A DNA stretch of 63,535 nucleotides, counting the filler, from Nemertoderma westbladi (taxonomy: Eukaryota > Animalia > Xenacoelomorpha), in NCBI GenBank assembly GCA_032718475.1. It is 4 parts of 4 records of this genome, joined end to end, with 100 filler letters (N's around TTAATTAATTAA, not from the genome) between each part and the next. Parts side by side here need not be neighbours in the genome. Positions count along the whole stretch, not along the records: positions 42,405 to 57,350 come from JAUCBJ010001583.1; positions 57,451 to 63,535 come from JAUCBJ010000153.1; 2 more parts are not named here. One strand, written 5' to 3'. Shown here in pieces: positions 52,880 to 63,535 of this stretch. A model generated the notes under the pieces. That model had not been told where the DNA came from, made no database searches, and saw nothing but the letters and a program-made list of their open reading frames with translations. Position numbers and translations under genes: made by a program. Within the stretch, counting starts at the first letter, position 1. Each line of letters begins with the position of its first letter.

Positions 52880-53089
52880 GCCGTATAGGTTATATTTTCA
52901 CTCTTCAGTAATGCGCTGCTATAAAAAATATGGTGAACATGAAATCAGTAGCCGTACCAGGACAATCCAGGTCCAGTTCTTCAATTGCTGTATCTGTGTA
53001 TGTAATGTAATTTTCTGATTATGAACAGTATTATTAGGCACAATTTCTGAATTTTTATTATTTTATATGCATGTGCATCACTAAAGATA

Positions 53090-56000
53090 ATGGAACGAGC
53101 ACCCAAATCCAAACGAAGCAGTGGGAGCAGAAAAAATTCCCCAACTGTCAATGATGTCAATAAAGCGACGAATGATAAAAAAACAACAAAATTTCGGTCG
53201 AAATCTCCACCTAACTCACCAATATCTAAATCCAGTGGTTCTAAAAATATGGAGAGTGAGGCAGGACCAGATTACCAGTCTGAGATGGAACTTTCTAATG
53301 TCACTGGGTTGGTGATCCAGAAAGAAGGCCACAAACATTATAACATATGGGATAATAATTTCGCTGAGAACCCAAAAAGATTACAAGTGTGCACAGATTG
53401 TTTGTTTGAGAATGGTATTTATGACCGTTGTGTTTCTGTGGATTACAAAGCTGCTTCCAAGAGTGACCTAATTCTTAATCATGATCCTGAGTATATTGAT
53501 CTGATGGAATCCACTCAGTTCATGCCAGAATCACAATTAAAGGAACTTTCTGATTCTTATGATTCAGTATTTATAAACAATGCGACATATATGCAAGCAT
53601 TAGATGCTGTTGGCGCAACCATCAACTTGGCAGCAATGGTAGCCACAGGAAGATTATTGAATGGAGCTGCATTGATAAGACCACCTGGGCACCATGCAAT
53701 GAAAAATACTGCGAATGGATATTGTATATTTAACAATGTGGCAATTGCTGCCAAATATTTGCTCCGTGATGTTGGATTAAGTAAGGTAATGATTATTGAC
53801 TGGGACGTCCATCATGGCCAGGGTCTACAGCAGTGCGTTATGAATGACTCAAGAGTTCTCTATGTATCTCTCCATCGCTACGAGAACGCAACATATTGGC
53901 CGTGCTTAGTAGAATCCGATTTCACAACTACGGGTAGAACTGGACTCAATATTAACATACCTTGGGATAGTGCCAATGTGGGTGATGGTGACTACATTGC
54001 TGCGTGGCATCGAATTGTTTTACCAGTCAGCTTTGAATTTTCCCCTGATTTGATTCTCATTTGTGGCGGATTTGATGCCGCATCCGGTGATCCTAAAGGC
54101 CAACTACAACCCGGTGTGTCGCCAGAAACGTATGGCCATTTGATTTCTCTCTTATCTGCTGCCGCCCAAGGACGAATATGCCTCTTATTAGAAGGAGGTT
54201 ATAATATGAATGCCTTGGCAAAGTCATTTGCATTTTCTTTAAAGGCATTGTTAGGTGATCCTTGCTCGATGTTATCGAATTGCCAACCTTCCCCTTCAAA
54301 TTTGGAGACATTAAAACAAGTCATTGAGGTCCACAGCAAGTTCTGGAAGTCTCTCCGAAAACAGGCAGCTATTGCATCTCCAGAATCATCCCCTTATTTA
54401 CAAACTCGATCTGGGCGAAATCTTAAACGTCAGGTTTACAATTCTAAGAAACAGACTGCGGCGGATGTCAGTGATGCTTCTATCCCAGCTGACAGTTGTT
54501 TAAACAATGCGAACACCTCCCTAAATCCCGCCTCTATTGGAGTGAATATGCAAAAGCACTACAGTCCGAAGGACACTAACAATAGTGGAATCCATTCAAG
54601 TAGTGAGACAATCAGTCCAATCTGCACACAGACCAGTCAAATGACTGGACAGACCAGTCCAATCTGTGATTCAAAGAGCCAGATACGTGATCAACCAAGT
54701 CCAATCTGTGATCCAAGCAGTCCCGACAACGATTTAGGTACATTGAACAGTGGAGTACCGGTACATGAAACAGATGTGTTTAAAGGGTTTCATAGTGAAG
54801 AGATTAATACTTCTGAATATAATGATGGTTTTAATACAAGTACGAAAATTGGTGTTGAGATTGTGAGTACAGTGAGTCCTGAGGCGTTAAAAACGGAGGA
54901 CTCTAATGCGGCTATTTTTACTGATTCGCCCTGTAGCGAATCTTTTAGTGCTTATGCTACTCGTATGGACCATTACCCGATCACCTTTGGTGGGGCTTCA
55001 AGCACGCCATCTAGTGATGCAGTCGCAAGATACACCCCTTCTCAAGGTAGTCCTAATTCTGAATTATTGAAGACGTCTGTATTTACTAAAGATTCTCCTG
55101 TTAGTCCAACTGGAGCCACTGATTCTGGCTGTCCATTGTCTGCTGAAGAATGCAATTCCCCTGTGGAAGGAACTCCATTTCCAGCTGACATTCCAGGTGA
55201 AGAAAGTGCTACGGGAGATATTGATGCTCTAAATCAGGAGTTTGAGTCATTTAACATTGTGGAGCAGAAGGAAACCCCTAATCAGTCTTATCAAAAGGAT
55301 TATGTAGAACCTCAACTTGATGCCAATGATTTAACTATAGGTTTTGCATCCTTAGCGATTAATGCAACTGTGAATAAGTCGGAAAATCAAGATGATATTC
55401 TGCCAACAGAAGATTATGTAATTAGTAAAGCAAACAGCAACACTAGTTTAAAGGTCAGCAACATTCTTCCCATGCCTGTAACATGTTTGGGATACGATGA
55501 CCGAATGCTACTCCACAGAAACCTATTCTCCAAGGATCACCCGGAACGTCCTCGCAGACTGAACTCGATTATGGAGCGTCTTCAAACAGGAGGGGCATGG
55601 ATTGGCTGTTCAACCATCTCGGGTTACATACCAACCTCCTATCAGATCGCCTCGGTTCATACAGACAGCCATGTCGCTTTTGTGGAGGCGCTCTCGGAAG
55701 AGGAGGACCTCTACGTACTGAAGCGTTTGTCACGACAGTTCGATTCGGTTTATCTACATCCAAAGAGTTGGTTGAGTGCCAGTGCAGCCGTGGGTACCAC
55801 GATATCTGTGGTGGACCAGGTGCTATCCGGACGAGCTCGTAATGGATTCGCGCTTGTCCGCCCGCCAGGGCACCATGCCAGCGCTGACACCCCCTGCGGA
55901 TTCTGTCTGTACAACACGGTGGCAATAGCGACGAGGCACGCGCAACGTGCATACGGGTTGGAGCGTGTGCTCATCGTCGATTGGGATGTGCACCACGGCA

Positions 56001-56542
56001 ACGGAACTCAGGAGATATTCTACCGGGACGGTTCGGTTCTCTTCTTTAGTATCCATCGTTACGACGATGGCCGATTCTTTCCGGGGACCGAGGAGGGTGG
56101 TCCCGCCCGGGTGGGGGATGGGCCGGGGTTGGGGTACAACGTTAACGTGGGGTGGAATCGGGGTTACCCCGGGGACGTGGAGTACCTTGCGGCATTCACT
56201 CGCATCCTTCTACCCATAGCTTACGAGTTTCAACCCCAACTTGTGATAGTCTCTTGCGGTTTCGATGCTGCTCGGGGAGATCCTCTGGGGGGCTGCGAAG
56301 TTTCTCCTGAGGGATTTGCCCATCTTACTAGGTTACTGATGCCCCTCGCTATGGGTAGGTTGATCCTAGTTCTAGAAGGGGGCTATAACTTACATGCTAT
56401 ATCCCGCAGTGCCTTAGCCTGCGTGCAGACACTGCAAGGACACCCGTGCCAATACATAGACTTCAAATCGATTAGTCCATTGTCTGATAAAGCTTTGCGG
56501 GCCACTGTAGATTGCATATCGCCTTATTGGAATTCTCTTTAG
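53090..56542 (+). CDS. HDAC6: Class IIb histone deacetylase, HDAC6-like; two catalytic domains, single coding exon, 1150 aa
   Basis: Both domains have RPPGHHA, G(Y/F)C, DWDVHHG, SxHRY, GFDA and EGGY. CD1 has YWP and GDPKG, CD2 has HPE, FFP and GDPLG, matching the HDAC6 CD1/CD2 pattern. Confidence 0.93.
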   Translation: MERAPKSKRSSGSRKNSPTVNDVNKATNDKKTTKFRSKSPPNSPISKSSGSKNMESEAGPDYQSEMELSNVTGLVIQKEGHKHYNIWDNNFAENPKRLQVCTDCLFENGIYDRCVSVDYKAASKSDLILNHDPEYIDLMESTQFMPESQLKELSDSYDSVFINNATYMQALDAVGATINLAAMVATGRLLNGAALIRPPGHHAMKNTANGYCIFNNVAIAAKYLLRDVGLSKVMIIDWDVHHGQGLQQCVMNDSRVLYVSLHRYENATYWPCLVESDFTTTGRTGLNINIPWDSANVGDGDYIAAWHRIVLPVSFEFSPDLILICGGFDAASGDPKGQLQPGVSPETYGHLISLLSAAAQGRICLLLEGGYNMNALAKSFAFSLKALLGDPCSMLSNCQPSPSNLETLKQVIEVHSKFWKSLRKQAAIASPESSPYLQTRSGRNLKRQVYNSKKQTAADVSDASIPADSCLNNANTSLNPASIGVNMQKHYSPKDTNNSGIHSSSETISPICTQTSQMTGQTSPICDSKSQIRDQPSPICDPSSPDNDLGTLNSGVPVHETDVFKGFHSEEINTSEYNDGFNTSTKIGVEIVSTVSPEALKTEDSNAAIFTDSPCSESFSAYATRMDHYPITFGGASSTPSSDAVARYTPSQGSPNSELLKTSVFTKDSPVSPTGATDSGCPLSAEECNSPVEGTPFPADIPGEESATGDIDALNQEFESFNIVEQKETPNQSYQKDYVEPQLDANDLTIGFASLAINATVNKSENQDDILPTEDYVISKANSNTSLKVSNILPMPVTCLGYDDRMLLHRNLFSKDHPERPRRLNSIMERLQTGGAWIGCSTISGYIPTSYQIASVHTDSHVAFVEALSEEEDLYVLKRLSRQFDSVYLHPKSWLSASAAVGTTISVVDQVLSGRARNGFALVRPPGHHASADTPCGFCLYNTVAIATRHAQRAYGLERVLIVDWDVHHGNGTQEIFYRDGSVLFFSIHRYDDGRFFPGTEEGGPARVGDGPGLGYNVNVGWNRGYPGDVEYLAAFTRILLPIAYEFQPQLVIVSCGFDAARGDPLGGCEVSPEGFAHLTRLLMPLAMGRLILVLEGGYNLHAISRSALACVQTLQGHPCQYIDFKSISPLSDKALRATVDCISPYWNSL

Positions 56543-57350
56543 TTTACTTTAGTTTATATATAGTTTCCCTACAGTGCAGTGCAGTAATTGCCAGTATATT
56601 CATCTGTAGCATTAGTTTTAAAACGCGTTACTAACACATTAACACTTGACTTGTGTTTAAATTAAGTTTTACAACTGAGTGCGATAATGAAAACGGAGTT
56701 GAAATGTAAGGTTATCTTATCTCAACGCTTTAACTATTCCTTCGATGCAATAGCAAGACAAAAAAAGGATAGCAAAACTCAAAGGTTCTTAAAACATAGT
56801 TTGCGTTGTAAGAACCCGTAGAGACCCCCTATAAGATATCTATTCGAGACTTGAAACATGATAGGCCTATGTTTTATAGATGTTTATTTTATTATCACAC
56901 TTTATTTTCGTCTAATATGCATTTATTTTACTCAAATAACTTTTATTAAATGCCTATGCAATGTAAACTCTTTAGTTTTCCTGTTCTTAACTGGTTAATA
57001 TTTTTAAATTACGCCATCTCGCCTGGTGAAACTTCATGAGTTTTGTGAAAGTTAGTTGTACTAGGTTCGGATTTTTACTGAAATCAAATCTGATTTGGTT
57101 AAAAGTAAAACTTAGTTTTTTTTTTAGAGTAATTTGTGGGGCGAGCCACTTGGTTGGCGGAGCCTTTGCGAAGTTACATTATGGGGGAGGGGGGTAATTT
57201 CAAATAGATACATTGTTGACATTGGGTACATTAACTTTGTCGTATTTAAAGTCGAATTGAAAATTTGCAGGTATCAATAGGAAAGTTGTGCTCTTCTGTA
57301 TGTACCCGAGACTGAGTATTTATGAGGGCTTAACCCGTTTTCAGATACCC

Positions 57351-57450
57351 NNNNNNNNNNNNNNNNNNNNNNNNNNNNNNNNNNNNNNNNNNNNTTAATT
57401 AATTAANNNNNNNNNNNNNNNNNNNNNNNNNNNNNNNNNNNNNNNNNNNN
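57351..57450. other. Assembly gap with artificial linker
   Basis: N run containing TTAATTAATTAA. Confidence 0.97.
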
Positions 57451-58294
57451 CGGTGTAACAGGAAAATATGCCCCCCCGGGAAATGTGCCCGGGGGGGCAT
57501 ATTTTCCTAGGAAAAAATGCCCCCCCGGGCAAATTTCCCTAGGAAAAAATGCCCCCCCTTAGGAAATTATGCCCCCCCTGAATTATACAATAAACAAAAC
57601 TTATTACTACTAAAACTTACAAAAATTATACAAAACAAAAAACAGTCACTTTACCAAATGAAGGAAAGGAGCAGGTTACAGAGGCAGGCCTTTCTAACCA
57701 AAACAATAAACGATCATTTAACTAATTGAGGGAAAGGAGCAGGTTACAGAGGCGGGATTTTCTAACCAAAACAATAAACGATAACATTACCAATTGAGAG
57801 AAAGGAGCATGTTACAGAGGCGGGATTTTCTAACCAAAACAATAAACAATACCAAATCAGGGAAAGGAGTAGGTTACAGACTTAAAAAAGCTTGGAGCTG
57901 CTCGGCGCCCACACAACACCACACACTCGCACTGCTGTTATACCAGTACTTACTACAGTAGCCTACTGACTTAGATACTTCAGTATGCTGTTCTACATCC
58001 CTTACTATGCCTTACCTGCTTACCTACCGGCAGACCGGTACCGTACTATTCTTCCAACTATTATAAGTTCTGCAGTTCGTAGATTAAAAGTGGCTAACAG
58101 CAGACCGGTATCGTACCAGTTTTCAGACTTTTGAGGGGGACTAATTTTCCTGAGGGGAGGCATTATTTCCTAAGGAGAAAATGCCCCCCCGGGCTAAATT
58201 TCCTAGGAAAAATTGCCCGGGGGGACATAATATCCTAGGAAATAATGCCCCGGGGGGCATATTCTAGGGGGGGCTGATTTCCTTGTGACACCGG
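57451..58294. mobile_element. MITE with GC-rich subterminal palindromic repeats
   Basis: Ends CGGTGTAACA...TGTGACACCGG; repeated cctaggaaaaa/gccccccggg motifs at both ends; internal ~67-bp tandem repeats; left end abuts the gap. Confidence 0.78.
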
Positions 58295-58809
58295 TATGTC
58301 AGCAATGAGATATAGGCATGCAGGTCCGTTAAAGGATATATGCCCTTTATAATTAAACCTACTAGTGTACGACTAAAAAGCAGTACAGCACAAAATACTT
58401 CCAAGCCGTTCTTTCTTTGGCTCAAGACTGAATGTAAACACTGCACATAGGCATTGCGTCATTTCTCGGAAATTTTCTGTACAAGGAGCCACAAAAACGC
58501 TCTCATTGGCTGACTGAACTGAGAGACGCCGTAGAACAAAGGAAATCAACACGTATGAATGTCAGCTGTTAACCGTAGTCATAGTAACTACTGTTCAAGA
58601 GTAGCTATCACCCTTTTGCGTCACGAATTGCCATAGAATCATAAAATATGCCTTTCACAGTACACATACGGAGGAAATAGGTCTTAGATCCTCTAAAAAC
58701 ACCGATACAGCAATAATACGGTCTCTTACACTTATTAAATCAACTACAGAGTATTTTAATGTAAAAGATAATAAAAATAACGGGGCAATTCAGCAAAGGC
58801 TTTTACATG

Positions 58810-60220
58810 CTAAACAGACCATTATTGAATGTTTGCAACCGGATGTTAAAAGGGGAAAAGCCACCACCAATTTGGACTAAAGGTCAACTAAAGCCTCTCC
58901 CCAAGAAAGGAGACCTCGGCATACCAACAAACTATCGTGGGATCTGTCTGCTTGTGGTAGCTGCCAAAATATACAATGAAATGATTCTATATAGGATTAG
59001 GCCTCACATAGAGAAACTACTGCGTAAGAGCCAAAACGGATTTCGACCAAGTAGATCAACAATAGCTCAGATACTTGCACTACGGAGACTGATTGAAGGA
59101 ATTAAGTCAAAGAATCTCCCCGCTGTCATGACTTTTGTGGACTTCAAGAAGGCATTCGACTCCATCCATAGAGGTAAAATGCTTGAAATCCTAAGAGCTT
59201 ATGGAATACCAGAAGTAATTGTTGCTGGCATTGGATTGTTATGTTGTGACACAGAAGCGCAGGTACTCTCACCAGATGGTGAAACTGAGTTTTTCTCAAT
59301 CCTCCTGGCTGGCGTACTGCAAGGTGACACATTAGCACCATTACTATTTGTAATTGTGCTGGATTACGCAATGAGGACGGCCACAAAGGGTGATGACCTG
59401 GGATTCACACTTCAAGAACGCAGAAGTAGTAGATATCCGGCAACTACAGTCACAGACACCGACTTTGCGGATGACATCGCCCTGCTCTCTAATACCCTAG
59501 CAGATGCACAGCTTCTACTAAATAAAGTGGCGAGGGTTGCTAAGGAGGTTGGATTGCATATAAATGCTACAAAGACCGAATTCATGACCTTTAATGTTGA
59601 TGGAAACTTGACAACCATTGATAATAATCAACTAAGGAAGGTCGATGACTTCCAGTACCTTGGATCATGGATAGAGAGTAGCAAAAAGGACATAGAAGTT
59701 AGGAAAGCAAAGGCTTGGGTAGCTCTATCAAAAATGGATACCATCTGGAAATCAGATCTCTCCAGGCACCTGAAGACTAAGTTCTTTCGAGCCACAGTGG
59801 AAAGTGTATTTTTATATGGGGGTGAGACCTGGACACTGACTAAATCACTTGAACAACGAATTGATGGTTGCTACACAAGACTACTAAGGGCAGCCCTAAA
59901 CATCAGCTGGAGACAACACATAACAAACGCCGAGCTTTATGGTACAATACCACCTGTATCAACCACCCTCCGTGAACGCATATTAAGATTCAGTGGGCAC
60001 TGCTGGCGAAGTAAAGACGAGGTCATACCAGATCTACTTTTCTGGCAACCAACTCATGGAAAGCGTAGTCGTGGACGACCGGCCATAACATATATATATA
60101 GATCAACTTGAAAGGGATACTGAACTTAGGAGAAACGAAATTGCGACAACTATGGAGAATCGGGAAGCCTGGAAGGATCTCATTTCCACTGTCCGAGTTC
60201 GCTCGACCTAGTAGTAGTAG
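58810..60220 (+). mobile_element. RTE-like LINE family B, 5'-truncated
   Basis: PLPKKGD, NYRGI, QNGFR, DFKKAFDS, FADD; frameshift from a (TA)n expansion near 60091; ends tcgacc(tag)4. Confidence 0.93.
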
Positions 60221-62072
60221 GATTGGATGATAAGTTACGGTACACTCACACCAGGTTTTTCTAGTGACCTGGAACTAATTTATTATTTATTAGCATTTTT
60301 ATTAGCACACAGTTTCAGTTTTGGTATTTGGTACAGAAAATACACTTTCCTAAAATAGTTGTCTGGGTTCGTGCACTGCACAGTGCACACCCCTTTCGAT
60401 TAAAATTATAGAAAATTTCACGTTTGGCAGAACGTGAGTTCAGCAACACGAAACCCTATTCACAGTCTGGTAGAGAGTCTGTTAGCCGGCAGGATAGCAG
60501 CAGGACAAAAACCCCAACCGCGACCCCGGGGCGGAAAACCATTCATAGACGGAACTGTTAACCCCGGTAGCCATATTACAGTATATACCAGTCTGCCAGT
60601 ATACCAGTTAAATTGCGCTATCGCAGATATTTGTATGTTCTAGAGCAGCTGGGACGCTGAAGTGCTTTAGATTCCCCCTCAACCTGTCAACGGGACGAGT
60701 GCATATCTATTATCTACTTCTGTACTTGACAGCTTGAGACTCTAGTTGTCTAGTACTGTACAGTTGTACAGTAGTAGACTGTCTGACTGTGCTTTTATCA
60801 ATATTTACTTTTTCGCCCCTCTATCTGACATTATTTACCTCCCTCGCTGCGCTCGGTCGATAAACAAACATACCTCGGGACGAACGGTAAATATAAAGCA
60901 TATTTATTTTACCTTTTAATTTACAGTACCTATTATTTATTTTATTTATTTTATTATACTTTTGTGTGTATTTTCTAAATTTCTTCATGTAGGCCTATTC
61001 TCTGTCAGTCTGTGTGGGAAATGTCCATTCAACTTTTAACTGTTACATTTTATAAATTGGTGGCCTACAGAATTTATAAGCAAAAGCAGATACTATGTTT
61101 ATGTTTATGTTTAATGGTTCTATCTATCTATTCCATGGTGGCTGCATGATGCCAATGAAGATGACGCATTGCTGTAGGGGTAGGCCTATCAGCCTATTCT
61201 GCTATTGTACATGGTAATTTGCTGAGTCAATAAATCCTTCTGTCTCGACTTTAATCTACTGTTCTACCAGGTACCGGTACAGTACTGCAGTACATGCTGA
61301 CATGATACCTGTACGGTACGGTAGGCCTACTGGCAGACTGCTGTACGCTGCTACAGGGGTGCATGTAAAGAGCGGACTGCGGACTGGCGGACTACGGACT
61401 GGGGATTGCCAAAATCCGCGCGGTCAATTTGAATTATCGACTTCCAAACTAAGAATCCGCTCTTTGTCTGTTTGTTGTCTGGACAAATGGCGGACTGAAG
61501 CCGGTAAATTGTAACCTGATTGGCTCAATCATTTACATAGGCTGAAGCTGAAAGGGAACTTAAAGAATGAATCATCCCATTTGGCTTTTAAATGTTTACC
61601 ATTGTCAGATTGTGCAACACTGTAATACAGGAAATAACCTATCCTATACAGTAATTACGTGGACTGTTGATTAAGGGCCTACTATATAATCAACATTCTA
61701 CAGATTTTCAGATTATTTATTTCAATAAATATTTTTATATACTTCCTGCCTTTAGAGTTTATGTCACAGTTGTCTGTTCGCAAATATAAAAGAGCGAATA
61801 TTCGGACATCCTAAGCGCAGGAGCTGGGGGAAGATCTTCTCTGTGTTGGGGGTAAGAGAGCGTAAGAAAAGGGGGAAGAGGGGCAAAGAAAAGGGGTGTG
61901 GATCTATAAATAGCATCCAATAGGACGCATCTAATTACTGGCATTTAATTCTGTCCAAATTTTTATGACAGCCTTAAAATGAAAACCACGGGCACCAGAT
62001 CGGCTAGTGCTTTTTTTAATGCTTTTTTAGTGTGGGCTGTGATATCCTACATATCTGACATACGATTAACTG

Positions 62073-62349
62073 GGCCCATGTGAAGTATACCAGACTTTCT
62101 GCCGTTATATTTCACTTTGCAGTTACCCCCATGTGAAGAATACCAGGTTTTCACCAAAAATACAGGTTACAGAAGGGCTGAATCTAACCAAAACAATAAA
62201 CAAATTAGTATAGGTACAGGTTATAAGACAGAAATTAGCGTTATAAAACACTTAATAAAGATAAATTAAGAAAAATAAAAAATCATCATATATGAAATTC
62301 CAATAAAAAGTCGACCGAAAAGTGAAATCCTGGTATTCTTCACATGGGC
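62073..62349. mobile_element. MITE with a 9-bp TSD (possibly Mutator-like)
   Basis: gcccatgtgaag / cttcacatgggc termini; gattaactg on both sides; internal motif tctaaccaaaacaataaac shared with 57451..58294. Confidence 0.65.
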
Positions 62350-62392
62350 GATTAACTGTGGGGCGAGCAACGTAAGTCCAGGTGAGCCTTAG

Positions 62393-63274
62393 CAGGGCTG
62401 GCAAAAACCATAGGTTTTTCAGAAAAATTTTTAGGTTTTAGGTTTTTGCAAGGTTTTTGTAGGTTTTTGGAAGGTTTTTGCTGGTTTTTGAAGGTTTTCG
62501 CTAGGTTTTTGTAGTATTTCGCTAGGTTTTTGTAGTATTTCTGTATTTGTATATTGATTGATTAGATTGACCTCATGACCTGGTTGGTAAATGATTAGAT
62601 AAATTATATGGGGCCACATTTGGTCAACTGGTCAAGATTATATTTTATAGATACACTATGATACAAACTGACAAAATTGTTTGAAAGAATGAGTCCGTCA
62701 GGTTTCATTGTCATATTAGTTCAGACAGTCCCATACTGCCATAAAAGCATAACGCAAACCATAACCCGATAACCACCTGACTGCCTGTGACCACCAGCTG
62801 ACCAGACTGCCAGAGCTCAGAGACCAGAGCCACGCCACCCACTGACGCTGACCCAGCCACCTGGCTGCCTGGAGCCTGGACCACTGCTGCACTGTACGTG
62901 TAGGCGTACAGTTATCAGCAGCAACGTACATACTGTACATACTACGTACGTCAGGATGGAGGTCTGTAGTCTAGTCAGGTAGTTGAGTTACCGGTCAGCC
63001 GGTACCGGACCATCTGACTGCTAACTTGCATCAGCTAACTTGCATCAGTCAGCTTGTCAGTAGTGACAAGACAACTGGACTGGACTGGAACTCATCAGCT
63101 GACAATGCAAGTTGACTTGTTCAGTTGTTTTGAGTGTACAAATGAAATTAAAAGGCAAATTAAAGATGAAAAATCAAAAACCTAAAAACCTAGTTTTAGG
63201 CTTTTTTCAAATTTTAGGTTTTTCACAAAACCTACAAAAACCTAGGTTTACAAAAACCTACTTTGCCAGCCCTG
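62393..63274. mobile_element. Non-autonomous hAT-like element inserted in a tgtggggcgagc-family repeat
   Basis: TIRs CAGGGCTGGCAAA / TTTGCCAGCCCTG; direct repeat gagccttag at 62384-62392 and 63275-63283; subterminal ggttttt repeats. Confidence 0.82.
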
Positions 63275-63535
63275 GAGCCTTAGCATATGGGTATAAGTGG
63301 TGGACCCGTCTGTCTGTCTGTCGTTGTCATCGTCGGAAATGTTTGAACGCTAATAAGTCGGCCAATCTTGGAAAAATAATGTTTCACTACTAGTATGTAC
63401 GACTAATATGTTTCAATTATGTTCCAATTTTGTTTCAAACTAACAGAGACATACTAGTGCCAGTACGAGCCAACCTCCCCCCTTTTTTTTTGGACGACCC
63501 CAACGTAAAAACTTTTAATTTAAGTAACAAGCAAA

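Noticed and set aside
53090-56542. HDAC10 assignment
   Set aside because: Both domains keep full catalytic motifs, and the GDPKG/GDPLG pattern matches HDAC6; vertebrate HDAC10 has a degenerate second domain

Overview
Repeat-rich, AT-rich eukaryotic DNA, most likely from an invertebrate animal (inference). It comprises four contigs joined by 100-bp N spacers that carry an artificial TTAATTAATTAA linker. From left to right: (1) the 3' part of a BEL/Pao LTR retrotransposon with a frameshifted pol, an extra unassigned ORF and a probable ~2-kb LTR; (2) three copies of a ~2.2-kb unit carrying a CCAAT/TATA-driven Lys/Arg-rich protamine-like gene, two of them preceded by related but different hairpin minisatellites; (3) a minus-strand, spliced, multi-domain cystatin gene in which one exon/intron junction has been amplified into a ~100-copy 46-bp array, each unit containing a 5' splice site; (4) an intronless-CDS HDAC6-like gene with a very long inter-domain linker and no ZnF-UBP domain. 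Interspersed are two RTE-like LINE families with (TAG)n tails, hAT-type and MITE DNA transposons and Helitron-like repeats. All calls come from reading the sequence; no database searches were run.
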